63,384 bases of DNA, filler included, from Globobulimina sp. (GCA_003354225.1; 29 parts of 29 records of this genome joined end to end with filler, not necessarily neighbours in it), one strand, 5' to 3'. Positions 23,734-36,603 are shown, numbered from the whole stretch's first letter. Numbers and translations: made by a program. The notes: generated from the letters alone by a model not told the origin.

Positions 23734-24237
23734 AGTATCCAAAAGTATTGACAAATGAAAGTAATTTAAATACAGACAATAAGCCGAATCTGCGAAATTA
23801 TTTTACAACACCGACAATATATTAGTTCAGCTGCAATTAACGTTGCCAGTTGCCTTAATACATCGAGAATTTCTGAAATCGCAATATAAAGTAACGTTAC
23901 TGACCAATCTGAAAGAGACCAATCTGAAAGAGACCAATAAGAGCATCATGTTTTCAGCGTCAGATTTTTATTGTTTCTGAGAAACGAAGNNNNNNNNNNN
24001 NNNNNNNNNNNNNNNNNNNNNNNNNNNNNNNNNTTAATTAATTAANNNNNNNNNNNNNNNNNNNNNNNNNNNNNNNNNNNNNNNNNNNNAATTTGTCAAA
24101 CAGAATATACACATGTCAAGAAAGTAAATTTTTGATTGCTTTATTTATTCTTTAACTGTTTAATTGAATCGGGCCGGCCATTTACCTTTAGGAGTTTAGG
24201 AGAAAAGTTTCAAAAACTGTTTGATGAAAAAAATTGA

Positions 24238-25254
24238 TCATTTAAACAAGTCCTGAATCAATATTTTCCATTTTGGTGCAATACTATATTCTGCATCAAA
24301 CAAATAAATATAATCAGCATTATACCATTTCAATACAAGCTGTCCGATCTCCAGTGGTAACAAAACCGTTTCATATTCACGAAGATAACCAGATACTAAT
24401 AATAAATCATTTGCTGAGCCACTGATCAATACAGCATAGCATTGGTCGTCTGTTACAATCTCAACATTACTTTTCTTTATTTCCATATTATTTAACTCAA
24501 CTAAATAAATGCCAGGGTTCATGCTCTCAGAATCAAATAAAATTACATGTTTCTCGTCCTCTGTCAATACAGCTGGAACATCAGACATTGGGACCGGTAA
24601 AGTTACACTACATTTTGTCCATTTCCTCTCTGGGATACAATACATAAGAATTGAATCAAGCGTTGAGACTGAAGAGCAACCCCCAAATATATAAAGTAGC
24701 TGTTTGGATTTGATATGAACTAATTCGAATCCACACCGTTCATCTTCTTCAAATTGATAAATTTGATCAAATTCATGCTTTTCAGGATTCCATATTAAAT
24801 GCCTGGAATTGCCATATCCTCCAACAACATGAAACTCTCCATTTATAACAATTGATCCCAGATAAATACCATTTTCATATTTAGATTTGTACCATGTTTT
24901 TGATTTTGTTGTGAGATCAGTGATCAACAAAGATCCATCACCGTCAAATACATATAATATATTATTGACGTTGTCCAATGCCATAGTATGATATGCAAAT
25001 CTATGCTGGTTAAACATTGCGCCATTGCTATACATGTCGTATTCAATGAATATCGAAGCTGTTTGTTTTTCTATATTATATTTATATATTCCGGGTACGT
25101 TGCTGGTTTCATCCGCATCTCCAGTGCACATATAATCTTCTGATGCCATTATAATTTCGTTATTATTCAACAAAGCTGGTTTTGCAAATACATGTTCTAA
25201 TGTTGAACCATTTAGTGTAATCCAACTGGAAGTTGATGTTTCATTAACAGCCAT
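24238..25254 (-). CDS. Kelch-repeat beta-propeller protein
   Basis: FHVVGG and LYIFGG..W Kelch repeats. C-terminal LVSGYLR...LPLEI..LV.KWY motif. Confidence 0.8.
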   Translation of the reverse strand: MAVNETSTSSWITLNGSTLEHVFAKPALLNNNEIIMASEDYMCTGDADETSNVPGIYKYNIEKQTASIFIEYDMYSNGAMFNQHRFAYHTMALDNVNNILYVFDGDGSLLITDLTTKSKTWYKSKYENGIYLGSIVINGEFHVVGGYGNSRHLIWNPEKHEFDQIYQFEEDERCGFELVHIKSKQLLYIFGGCSSVSTLDSILMYCIPERKWTKCSVTLPVPMSDVPAVLTEDEKHVILFDSESMNPGIYLVELNNMEIKKSNVEIVTDDQCYAVLISGSANDLLLVSGYLREYETVLLPLEIGQLVLKWYNADYIYLFDAEYSIAPKWKILIQDLFK

Positions 25255-26436
25255 GGTTTCGTATATATTAAAATGTGAGTTAAAGAAAAAAAAAACAGTT
25301 TACATCATGTCTCGACAACAATTCTTGAAGGTAGCGCGAGCGCCAACCTACTTGAAGGCATAAATTGCGTCGACTGTTGCAGCACAAAGACATGCAACAA
25401 GAGAGAATATCAAAGGTAGATGGAGTGCAATATCCAATCAACAAACTCTCACAGAAAAAAGTGTTTGATCCAGTTTCTGTTCAACCAGGTAAAGAAAAAA
25501 TGTAAGCAAAGCTACATTCACAAAATCACAAAATAAATATAAAAATAGCACTTATTAAACACGTACTCTTATTATATACAAATAATTAAACCGATTGCCT
25601 TTATTCACTATTAACGAAGATGAAGATTATGCTGAGCTTTGTGTTTGTTTTAAAGTATACATCTCGGAATTGCTGGCAGATTGAGGCGAATGTACTAATA
25701 TTGAATAGAATTTAGCGTTTTCAAAATTGATATCATTGATATAGATGTCATATAATTGCCATTCAATACCAAAATATTCTAAATTGGGGTGTGTATTTGC
25801 AATGGATTGCAACTGCCAATGTAATATATATTCATTCAATGATTTGCCCAAAATGCCATATTATAATCAAACAATGCATCATAATGCAGAGGGTGGTTAG
25901 TGTCCTACGCATACTTCCATTTATAATAATCCCTCATCATATAGATAGGTTTGGGGTGCATGCAGTTTGAAACATGTGCATGGTAGCTCCAGTTTGCATT
26001 ATAGGCACATTCACCAATCACCATTATGGAATTTTGTTGTGCCTTCGTCATGAATCTGTGATCGATAATATATTATAATAATTTTCACAGTCACGCTGCG
26101 AATCAGATGATGCCACGGTGTGTTTAAATATAGTAAATGTTATATTAATAATTTCAACACTGACGGAGCCATATTAAANNNNNNNNNNNNNNNNNNNNNN
26201 NNNNNNNNNNNNNNNNNNNNNNTTAATTAATTAANNNNNNNNNNNNNNNNNNNNNNNNNNNNNNNNNNNNNNNNNNNNCTATAACTCGTGAGCCTTTGCA
26301 GCTACAGGGCTAATTCTTTCTGCAAAATAGACGACCGAGCCTCTCCTCCATAGCCATAGTAGATAAGCATATCATTCCGAACGAATTCAGAGACGATGAC
26401 GCATAAATACACAGACCATATGAGTTGCACTTTAAG

Positions 26437-28367
26437 TATTATTATTATTATTTATTCGCGATTTGATACGCAATTCACATGAGAGAATGGGTTAGTAACA
26501 GACAAAAACAATATAAATTTCACACATAAAATCAGTTAGACACGTGACTAGATTTATAATGTTGAAATATATTTTAAGATCTCTTTAATTTCATTTTTGG
26601 TGAGACCGCATTCTTTCTGACCATCCAGGCATTGATTCAGCTCTTGTATTTGATAGGCAGTTTGTAGCACATCTTCTGTGAAGGCCTCCGCCATGTCATT
26701 ATTTGCCAAAAATGTATTGTTTGCTGATAATGTTGATTTGGGGTTATTTGTGGATGTTTCCCACGTGAAGTGAACTTTGTTATTGTCAGAAGCCATAAAC
26801 TTCTTATTAAAAGTATTAACTCGTTTGAAAATTTGATTTTTCAAATTTGCATTTCCTGCAATTGCAGGTAGCAACCTGGAGTGCGCCATTGGTGGAAGCC
26901 TCCAGATCTTACGCATCACAACATTCCAAGCTGTTCTTATTCTTTTAAGATGTGCTTCATTCAATTTCCATGACTGTGAGCCATAAGCCGCAGTACAGTA
27001 TGTTTGAATTAGCTTACACCTCAAGTCTGCAGGAGCTAATGAAAATGCACTCATGGTGTAATTTGCTTTTTGAACAAAATGAACCCGTTTATTTTCGATA
27101 TCTTCCAGATCGGACAGATTAGGCATCACAATGGTACCCAAGTATTTAAACTGGGAAACCCACTGGATATGCCTATCAGAAATTCGGATTTCTGGAAGAT
27201 TTTCTATGTTGTATCTTTTCTCAGAAAACAACATGCATTTTGTTTTAACGGGATTGAATTTAACTCTGAATTCATAACCAAAAATTTCTAAAATTACAAT
27301 TAACTTTCTGAGGCCATCAACTGTTGGAGATAACAGAGTCAAGTCATCAGCATATGCAAGACACCCAAAGAAATTGCTATCAATATGGCAGCCTACCTTT
27401 GCTCTACTTAGTCTGGATATGAGTTCATCCATGTAGACCGAAAAGAGCACGGCACTGGCTACTGCACCTTGTCTAACACCATTGCTAACAGAAAACTTTG
27501 CTGAATTTGCACCATTCCAGGTAGCTGATATTTTTTGTCTCATGTAACCATCATAAATTAAACGTATCACTGGTCCTGGTAAAGCACGTTTCAGCAATAG
27601 GTTAAACAATTTTACAAAATCAACTAGATCAAATGCTTTGGTTGCATCTACAAAACAAGCATATACATTGCTATTTTTAGACCAAAAATATTGCACAGTT
27701 TCCTTCATGACAGTTGTGCACATAACCGTTGAATGTTCAGACTTATAAGCAAATTGTAGAGCATTGGTTGCCAAAGAAGTATTTGTGTACCTCAGCAAAA
27801 TTATAACATCGAGAAGTTTGATAATGGAGGAAACCAAAGCAATACCCCTGTAATTTTCTGAGTTACATAGATCGCCCCTCTTGTTTTTGGGAATTTGAAC
27901 CAACAGAGCATCAAGAAATGATTTTGGCGTGTAACCATGTACCATCATTGCAGTAAACAACCGGCTAAGGCATCTTTCCAATGCTCTACCACCATGAATT
28001 ACATGGTTACTGTAAAACGATTCCCCATCATGCTTATCTGATTTAAGTTTTAAAATCGCCTTTTTAACTTCAGCAACCGATACCTGACATATGTTTGCTT
28101 CAGCCATTCGTGCCCTAATCTCAATCCGATGTTCTAACATTTCTTGCTGTGCACTATTCTCTCCATATGAGTTGTACAAAGCAGAATATTTGTCAGCAAA
28201 AAGATTGGCAATGTCTTCATCATTTGTTTTGTTATCCATCTGAGCAGCACTGGATGCATCATGACCAGAGAGCTTTTTAAGCTCCATGAACAAATCACGA
28301 GTATTTTCAGTAGCCAGTTCACCCAGTTTGAGACGTCTCAATTGTTTTTGATTTTTCAAGCATTCTT
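26437..28367 (-). mobile_element. Non-LTR (LINE) retrotransposon, 3' part: RT ORF 26554-28367, 3' UTR and (AAT)n tail
   Basis: NYRGIAL, QFAYK..HST, FVDATKAFD, GVRQG, YADD and KYLG. The minus strand ends in GCGAATAAA(TAA)n at ~26437-26459. Confidence 0.93.
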
Positions 28368-28652
28368 NNNNNNNNNNNNNNNNNNNNNNNNNNNNNNNNN
28401 NNNNNNNNNNNTTAATTAATTAANNNNNNNNNNNNNNNNNNNNNNNNNNNNNNNNNNNNNNNNNNNNAATAGTGTCGCCTGCTTTTACACGAATGCGGTC
28501 GGCTGGGTTGAGTTGCTCGGCGAGAATGGTGTGTAGATTGCCGTTATCGTCTTCTTTGGTTGCCATGATTTAATTGATTTTCGCGCTTCAGTGAAATATA
28601 CTTAATATAGCGGGCGCTAGCTATTTATGCTAATGGTCAGCACTTTAATTGA

Positions 28653-29228
28653 ATGTACCTGTTCATCGCTGTTGTAGTATCTACATTATTGACAAACGGA
28701 AATTATGCATCAAATATATCAATAATGGCAACAAACTCCACATCACAGATATTAACCAACGGAATATCATGCAATAATTGTTCTAATTCCACTGTTGGAC
28801 ATTGTTGTATATGTATGGACGAGAAACCATTTCCAATAATTAACGAAACCGAATTTCGACGCAGATATAAATTTTATTGCCCTCACGCATCAACGGAGAT
28901 ATGTCGTTCCTGTTGGATTAATTTATTTAACCGAACCAAACAACTAAAAAAATGTCCTTTATGTCGACGGTTACCAAATAATGGAAATATGACTGTTTCC
29001 AATAATATACATCGTGATCGAGAACATATTATCAATGTACCATACGGAGAGACTCCAACAACAAATTTGAACCGGCGTATTCATACAGAAAGACAGCGCT
29101 CTATTCATGATTATCAAACTGATGAGGAAACAAGGAAAAAGCGTCATTGTTATGCCATAATATTAATTGTTGCCGGGGCTCTTAGTATTCTTGCCTTTAT
29201 TTTTTACAGTATATCGTCTACTTTATAA
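28653..29228 (+). CDS. RING-finger membrane protein
   Basis: CCIC...CPH...C..C...CPLCR. Hydrophobic N- and C-terminal segments. Confidence 0.75.
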   Translation: MYLFIAVVVSTLLTNGNYASNISIMATNSTSQILTNGISCNNCSNSTVGHCCICMDEKPFPIINETEFRRRYKFYCPHASTEICRSCWINLFNRTKQLKKCPLCRRLPNNGNMTVSNNIHRDREHIINVPYGETPTTNLNRRIHTERQRSIHDYQTDEETRKKRHCYAIILIVAGALSILAFIFYSISSTL

Positions 29229-29498
29229 GAAAATTTTAATTGTGAAACTGAACCAAAAGTGTTTCATATTATTTAATAATAATTTTATTTGTTTAAGTAT
29301 TGCAAACGGAGTTTTTTGAAAAAGTTCTGAGGTTAATTGACGGCACTTTAACCAGAAACATTAAACGGCATATTCAATTATCTGAGAAACGGTTTGCTAT
29401 AGATTTGTCTTGAAATCCAGCACAAAGTCAAAAGGTGTTATCCAATGGAATATATCGTTAAGATTTTTGAAACTCAGCAGCCAAAAAGCTGTTTTTAA

Positions 29499-30380
29499 TC
29501 ACAAGCTGTTTTTTATAGTGCCTTGTTGTTTGTCATTGTGGTCCTGTTTGTCATTATAATCAACATCTTCCTTTCTGACATATTTATAAATACAAATATC
29601 ACCAACCTCGAGTTCCTTAAATTGAACAAATTTGTTTTTCATCAAATTAAAAAAGTTTTCCTCCCATTTAAATCGCCGAATAACAGACATAAAAACCACT
29701 GGATGTTTGTTTGAATTTTTATTTTTATGTTGCGATAATATCTCAAAAGTGGTAACCAATGGTTTTATAAATTCATGTGCATAAATTAAATCTGATCCAA
29801 TTAAAATATCATACCCATCATTTACATATTTTTGTGCATCTTTATCGCCCCACAATAATTCACCAATTTTTATTTTATTATCACACAGCTTATTATACGC
29901 ATTTAATTGTTTTGCATTTTCCGATAATATCTCAATGACACCCGGTTGATCTGTCATCATTACTTTATTTGCTCCCAAATACGCCACCGTACATCCAACA
30001 ATTCCTGTTCCTGCACCAACTTCCAAACAGCTCTTATTTTCAAACATTTGCGCTTTTTTTACAATCTCCAAATATCCAAAATAATTTGCCATGACACGAC
30101 CACATTTTGTGGAGCCACCAATCAATTCCAATTTAAATCTATTGTCAACATCGAGTGTGAACTTACCAAGCAATGATTGGTCATGAGACTCATCGTTGTG
30201 TGTTGTTGCTATTCCTTCTCTGCACATTTCACATTGGCATTTGCCTAATAATTTTTGATTGGCGTAATTCATTGCATTGCCATTAGCATCCTCTGCATTG
30301 TTGTTATTGTGATTGTTGCTTTCTTTATTTTCCTCGATGTCGTTATTTTGAGCTGGTTGTTGTTTTTGTTCACTTTCCAT
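29499..30380 (-). CDS. METTL21/Methyltransf_16-family protein-lysine methyltransferase
   Basis: CLEVGAGTGIVG, MTD, LLWG and DILIGSDLIY. Confidence 0.9.
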   Translation of the reverse strand: MESEQKQQPAQNNDIEENKESNNHNNNNAEDANGNAMNYANQKLLGKCQCEMCREGIATTHNDESHDQSLLGKFTLDVDNRFKLELIGGSTKCGRVMANYFGYLEIVKKAQMFENKSCLEVGAGTGIVGCTVAYLGANKVMMTDQPGVIEILSENAKQLNAYNKLCDNKIKIGELLWGDKDAQKYVNDGYDILIGSDLIYAHEFIKPLVTTFEILSQHKNKNSNKHPVVFMSVIRRFKWEENFFNLMKNKFVQFKELEVGDICIYKYVRKEDVDYNDKQDHNDKQQGTIKNSL

Positions 30381-30884
30381 TGATTAGCTTGTTAAAAAAC
30401 TTCAGTAATGAAAATCTGCCAAAAAACCATTTACAAAATAACTTCGAAAAAGCACTATACTTTCAAGATGACAAACAATTATTCAACGTCACAAACAAAA
30501 AACAATTCAATATAAACCACGAGGATAAGGTAAATCATTTACAAATTTTGCATCAANNNNNNNNNNNNNNNNNNNNNNNNNNNNNNNNNNNNNNNNNNNN
30601 TTAATTAATTAANNNNNNNNNNNNNNNNNNNNNNNNNNNNNNNNNNNNNNNNNNNNTAAAAGATTTACAACGTTCAATAAAGCCCAATAATACTCAACAA
30701 TATAGGTTTAATGAAAATTATATTGGACTAAAACCAAATAATATTAAATTGAAATTTAAATCAAAAAAAAGAAACAAACAAACATGGTCGGCAACATTAC
30801 CAAGTTATTAAATATTGTAAATTTGTAAATTTGTAATATAAATTCTATAATATATGCATAGCATCATTATCTCCACAGAAAATA

Positions 30885-32048
30885 ATGAGTTTTATTGATG
30901 ACTTCTCGGGAAAATGGAGCAATAATAACGAAAAAAAAGAGGAGAGAGAAACAAAGGAAACAAATGTGGCAAAACAGAAAGAAAAAGAAAAAGGGAAAGC
31001 GAGTGAGATTGAGAATGCATTTCGATTGCAATTAAATGGAAGTATCAAATTACGGCATCATTTAGACATTGTCCGATGTCTATGCTTAAACGATGATGAA
31101 TCGGTATTGATATCCGGCTCAGACGATGGCACCATCAAATTATGGGATTTAAGCAAAATAAATATGAATGTCACCAACAATCGGAATGGAATACCAATAC
31201 CTATCACATTTCGCGGTCATTCATCCTCCGTACATTGTTGTTGCATTATGCCAAATACAAATACATTAATAACTGCTGGTTTTGACACAAATATATTTGG
31301 ATGGAAATTGCCGCCAAATGGTACAGTTTTAATGGAAATGGAATCGCTATCAAGTTTAAAATTATTTGAGATGAAACACCATAAAAACTTAGTTTGGGAC
31401 GTAAAGGCAAACTATTCGTCACCAATAATAGGCTCAGTGTCTTCGGACAATACAATGAAAATATATAATATAGAAACGCAACAATTAAATCTATCATATA
31501 ATATATTAAATAAATATATATCACCAACATGTATTAAATGGAACAATTTCAAGCAAGAGAAATTATGCATTGGTACAGTCTCTGGCCATATCTTATTATT
31601 TGACATTGAAAAAGAAAGAATGGTGAATACTATTTTAGATTTTGATGGCAATTCTAATTCAAATAACGCATATTGTATAAATTCGATCTATTCCGATGAT
31701 AATTTAAATTCAAGTTTACTTTATGCCGCTTGTAACGATTCGAGAGTGCGTGTGTTTGATGTGAACAGTAATAAATGTATTGTCAATCAAAAGGTTCATA
31801 CAGATGGAATAACATCGATCGTGGTTCATTCATCCACCTCATCCGTATTTACCTCATCCCATGATTCGAGATTAAGGGTTTGGGATTTTAAAACGCAGAA
31901 ATTTTCATGTATTCAAGATTTAGAACCTCAAGATACGCATACTCAGAAATGGGATGAAGGCATTTTATGTATGGCGTTTAACAACTCATACAATTGGTTG
32001 TTTAGTGGTGGCGCCGATGGTATCAAGCTGTATAAAACGAATTTGTAA
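30885..32048 (+). CDS. Striatin-like WD40 protein, C-terminal part (5' exons missing)
   Basis: HLDIVR, SGSDDGTIKLW, PITFRGH, H...VWD, HDSRLRVW, H..KWDEGI and SGGADG, as in striatins. Confidence 0.8.
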   Translation: MSFIDDFSGKWSNNNEKKEERETKETNVAKQKEKEKGKASEIENAFRLQLNGSIKLRHHLDIVRCLCLNDDESVLISGSDDGTIKLWDLSKINMNVTNNRNGIPIPITFRGHSSSVHCCCIMPNTNTLITAGFDTNIFGWKLPPNGTVLMEMESLSSLKLFEMKHHKNLVWDVKANYSSPIIGSVSSDNTMKIYNIETQQLNLSYNILNKYISPTCIKWNNFKQEKLCIGTVSGHILLFDIEKERMVNTILDFDGNSNSNNAYCINSIYSDDNLNSSLLYAACNDSRVRVFDVNSNKCIVNQKVHTDGITSIVVHSSTSSVFTSSHDSRLRVWDFKTQKFSCIQDLEPQDTHTQKWDEGILCMAFNNSYNWLFSGGADGIKLYKTNL

Positions 32049-32350
32049 AACTACCAATGTTTCTTGAATTGAATTGAATTGAATTCCTAGCTTTTTTTTG
32101 TGCTGCCTATTTCATCTAAGTTTTCTTGACTACTCAACAATGACTTCGGGTATGTCCAACAAATACAAAATCGATCAAAAACAAAATATAAAAATACAAA
32201 GAGGATAAAAAAGAGAATACGCGATCTCGTCGTTCAAGCAGTCATTATGGAGATGAAATAGTAGGCAAAGAATATGACAAAGTTTTGTTATTCATTTTAT
32301 TAAACAAATGAAATTATTAATATATATATATATATATATTGAAATAGACG

Positions 32351-32745
32351 ATGGATAAAGCAATTGTGAAATCCAACAAACGCAAAAGAATGCGGAAACG
32401 CACCGTAGAACCACGTTCAGATGATTATAAAACCGCAGATTTGGATATTGGAATGAAGTTTGAATTATTTTGGGAACCAACAAATAGTTGGTCGTCGGCA
32501 GAAATTAAATGGAATTGGGGTGATGGCTCATATGTTGTTCAATGTGGCGATGATTTAAAGCAAGAAGAGCCGTTAACATATTATATTGATCAACATAAAT
32601 ATCGATATGATTTAAATTCGGATGATGATGATGATGATGGTGATGGTGGCGAGGATTCGTTAATTAAAATGGGTCCAAAATCAAAATCAAAATCAAAAAA
32701 AGAAAAGAAATCACCACCAAAAAAGAAACGAAAATTATCCACCAA
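32351..32745 (+). CDS. Tudor/Agenet-like domain protein fragment
   Basis: IGMKFELFW....W..AEI......YVV followed by acidic and basic (NLS-like) tracts. Confidence 0.45.
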
Positions 32746-33269
32746 NNNNNNNNNNNNNNNNNNNNNNNNNNNNNNNNNNNNNNNNNNNNTTAATTAATTA
32801 ANNNNNNNNNNNNNNNNNNNNNNNNNNNNNNNNNNNNNNNNNNNNGTTGGATTATCACTAATATGTATGGCCTCTGGTCGTAAAAAAACGAGCGCGAAAT
32901 ATGGCCATGGTTTCGGTGATGAAATGCAACCTAATCAGGAAGCTGCGCATTTGCTAAATGATAATGAAAATAGATTGGCATACGAATCAACACAGCCTGT
33001 TGTTAGTCTGTTGGATAATTCTTCCATTCAACAATAACAATCATCAATGATATCAAATAAAATATGCTTTGTTTTGATGTGATTTTGGCATGAAACGCAA
33101 TAAAATTCCAAATGGTCAATGGCTTAATTCAATGACAGTTAACGTCCAGTCTGTCTCTGAGTTATTGCGCCAGACCAACCAGAGCTAAATCATTAACCTA
33201 CGTTTGCAAAAAAAGTGTGACTAAAAGAACCCAGTATTCTTGTTACAAGCTCTAACATCTCTTGCCATC

Positions 33270-34934
33270 ATGTCTGCGAATGGCTGGACAGGTTTTATGA
33301 AAAAAAGTCAAAAACAACAATTAAAATCAAAATCAAAACCCCGTTCATCAAATAAAAAAAGAAAATTAAACCCCAACTCCGATAATAATCATTGTCCAAA
33401 ACCAAAAAAGCGTAAATTGTCCAATGTTGAGCACGTACAATGTCCAATGTGTAATAAAGATATGTTGTCACATTTAATAAATTTCCATATGGACCAGCAC
33501 TTCTTAGAAAAAAATAAAACATCATCTCAATCACAACCGGTACCAGTAACCAACAATAACACTGACACTGACAACAAAAATAATGAAAATAACAATAAAA
33601 TATGTCCATTATTTACCAGCGGGGCATTGCCAGCAGCCATGTTTACAAAATCAACCAAACGGAATACAAATAAGACAACAATCCCATCGCAGACAAGAAT
33701 ATTTTATGCAGAAATAACTACAGATGACAGCGACCAACATATAACGACATGGCATGCCGAGTGGATCGAGAATGAAATAGAAATAGACGCATTTTTACTA
33801 AAATCCAAAGAAATGGATTATTTCATCACAAATGTATTTATCAAAGGAGAGCCAAACACAAACAAGAAAACAACAAAAATATATTTAATTACAAATTACG
33901 CGTCCAACAAACAACAAATTGAGTTAATCTCAAATCACTTCAAATTTGCATATCCATCTCCAAATAACTATCGTTTTTCGCCATCTTTAATCAAATCATT
34001 ATTGCAAAAATGTACAAGAGTAAGTTTCCATATTTCTGCAGTCAAAGCAGCGTATTTATTATTATTAAAAGACAATTTACAAAGTCTACTGCGCCGATTA
34101 TCGATTATCATCATTGAGGATGTTATTTTGATGAAAGATTATATATTATTAATATGGTTATTATTGGCTGAATCCAAAACAGATATAAATGAAAAATATC
34201 ATCCAAAATTGTGTTGGTATAATTGGATATTTTCTTTAGTCAAAAAATGTGCGTTGTGTCAGGTAAAAGATTTTATGGACTTCACACTGCATCCAAATCA
34301 GGAGCAATATATTAATTTATTCACGCCATTACAATCTGATTCTGATCATTCTGAGGACAGCAATGATAGCGATGCCTGCTCAGATAGCAAAATAAAACAG
34401 TTATTGATACGAAGCATGTTAATTCGTGCCAGTTATGGTGGGATGAAATGCGATGTGGCAATGTTAAGGAGTTACGGCTGTGTGTGGCATAATAGATTCT
34501 TTGGGAAAACAAAGTGTTGCAATTATTATCAAGAACAGTTGGCAAAATTAAAGATTCCAAATGATATTAAATTAATTTGTAACGAAGATGATAAGTATTA
34601 TGATCAATGTGTTTTAGACAATGATTGGTTTTTTTTTATAAATAAATTAGAAGAGAAATATCGTCAGAATGGAATGGTCGAAATGAGAGAGATTCTGCCA
34701 ATTTGTGATAATGATTTGATTTTAAGTGCAGTCGATTTTCATTGTAGTAATATGTTATCTTTTTTATGTAATGGCCAATGTTGTCAAATTATTATGGAAT
34801 ATTTGAATGGAAATTATTCGGTGCTATACAATAATAATAATGCAAAATGGAAGAATAATGTGGAGGGTTTATTGAAATTAATAATATGGGAATTTAGATC
34901 AAGTCAAACTAATAAACTGCCGTTATTAATGAAT
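33270..34934 (+). CDS. Nuclear protein with UBZ4-like zinc finger and MgsA/RarA-C-like KSxLQK helix (3' partial)
   Basis: NLS-like KKRK, VQCPMC....LINFHMD and LIKSLLQKCTR...LLRRLSIIIIED. Confidence 0.6.
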
Positions 34935-35034
34935 NNNNNNNNNNNNNNNNNNNNNNNNNNNNNNNNNNNNNNNNNNNNTTAATTAATTAANNNNNNNNNN
35001 NNNNNNNNNNNNNNNNNNNNNNNNNNNNNNNNNN

Positions 35035-35079
35035 TAACAAAAAATCTAAATCTTTATATCTATCAGCAGAAATTGTCAT
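35035..35079 (-). CDS. Start of a possible gp25-like baseplate wedge gene (truncated)
   Basis: MTISADRYKDLDF resembles the YxDLD N-termini of T4-like gp25 proteins, and it sits downstream of the spike gene. Confidence 0.4.
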
Positions 35080-35090
35080 ATCAAAACATC

Positions 35091-36566
35091 CTAAAAATTA
35101 ATTGTTCCACGTACTGTTGATATAAGAACAGCGGCAGCAGAATCTATCACAAATGCAATACTTGTATCACTTCCGCTTATTTGATCATAAGCACCACCTG
35201 TAGAAGTATTTCCTGTGAATAATCCGGTGAATACACAATCATCACAATCATTACAACCACCTGCAGCAGTTGTTGATTCGCTATTATTAAAAACGTTTGA
35301 AATTAAACATTGCTGATTTTGCCAACAACCAGAACGACTATTGTCATGAACAGTATCTATTTTACTCCTATCACATCCAATGACTCCATAAGTATTATTA
35401 AAAACATTTGAAATAGAAGAGTCATCACAATTGTTAACACCTTCACTTGTATTATCATAAACATCATTTATTGTACAATTATCACATCCAAAACAACCCC
35501 TACCATTATCATTTATATTTGATATTGTACAATTATCACAGTCATAACAACCGTGATCTATATTACTATAAACATTATTTATTGTACAATTATCACAACC
35601 ATAACAGCCATCGTCTGTGTTACTATAAATCATAGATATTACACAATTTGTACACTCAGCGACACCACAACCAATTCCGTTTGAAAATATTTTTGTAATT
35701 GTGCATGAGTCACAACCATAAACTCCTGCGCCGGAAGTGGCAGTAGAAGCAAAACAATTGGTAATATTTGATATATCACTATCATCACTCGCATACACTC
35801 CACCGCCAAGTAATGCTATACATGTGCTAATATTTGATATTATAGATTTATCACAATTATAAACTCCGCCACCATTAGTATTAGATTCACAATTTAATAG
35901 ATTGCTTATTGTCTTTTTATCTGTTGTGTCTGTTACTGAAGAGTATGCTCCCCCATCACCGTTTACTAAACAATCAATAACAAAAGTTTCAAATTTACAA
36001 TCTTCTGTATATGATAATTCGGCGAATCCTCCGGAGCCTGTGTATGTGTATGTTGCTCTTAATCCATCAAATGTCCATCGATCGGTGAAATGAACATTTT
36101 TAACATATGTTCCAACAGTACCTGTAGAATGAAATCTGTATTGTCCACCTCTTTCAATAAAAACTCCTTGATCTGAATTGATTGTTAAATTAGATCCAAA
36201 CGGAATTTCATTATTTAAAATGTAAGGTGTTCCAATAAAAACTATGTATATATCAACATTAGATAATGTTGAACCATCAAAAATAGCATCAAATTCTGTT
36301 TGATTTGAAATGAAAGTTGGTGAATATACTAACTTTGTTTTTTCTGCTGATGTTACATGAATACCAGAATCAGCAATATGCGCATCTAAAGCAACTTCAA
36401 TATCGGCAACATCTGAAGTTAATCCTGTAATATTTGTGGTGTTGTCATCAGCATTTGTATCAACTACATCAATAGCATCTCTTAATTCTTCAAAAGAAGT
36501 TTTCATTTCTCCTTTTGTTCTCGTACTATCGGACATGTAACCAGAAGGTGGTAGTGTAACTGCCAT
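35091..36566 (-). CDS. Phage virion protein with Cys-rich parallel beta-helix repeats
   Basis: Intronless, SD-like AAGGA upstream, repeated GCYGCDNCTINNV units, phage-like N-terminus (AH..DSGIHVT..EK). Confidence 0.7.
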   Translation of the reverse strand: MAVTLPPSGYMSDSTRTKGEMKTSFEELRDAIDVVDTNADDNTTNITGLTSDVADIEVALDAHIADSGIHVTSAEKTKLVYSPTFISNQTEFDAIFDGSTLSNVDIYIVFIGTPYILNNEIPFGSNLTINSDQGVFIERGGQYRFHSTGTVGTYVKNVHFTDRWTFDGLRATYTYTGSGGFAELSYTEDCKFETFVIDCLVNGDGGAYSSVTDTTDKKTISNLLNCESNTNGGGVYNCDKSIISNISTCIALLGGGVYASDDSDISNITNCFASTATSGAGVYGCDSCTITKIFSNGIGCGVAECTNCVISMIYSNTDDGCYGCDNCTINNVYSNIDHGCYDCDNCTISNINDNGRGCFGCDNCTINDVYDNTSEGVNNCDDSSISNVFNNTYGVIGCDRSKIDTVHDNSRSGCWQNQQCLISNVFNNSESTTAAGGCNDCDDCVFTGLFTGNTSTGGAYDQISGSDTSIAFVIDSAAAVLISTVRGTINF

Positions 36567-36603
36567 TATTTATAATCCTTATATATTTTTATTTTTATTT
36601 ACA

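Noticed and set aside
25627-26178. Possible coding region on the minus strand
   Set aside because: The frames examined are interrupted by stops and show no recognisable motif.
26554-28367. RT as a retron, DGR or group II intron system
   Set aside because: The motifs and the (AAT)n 3' tail are those of a eukaryotic non-LTR retrotransposon. No template/variable repeat pair or msr/msd was seen on the contig.
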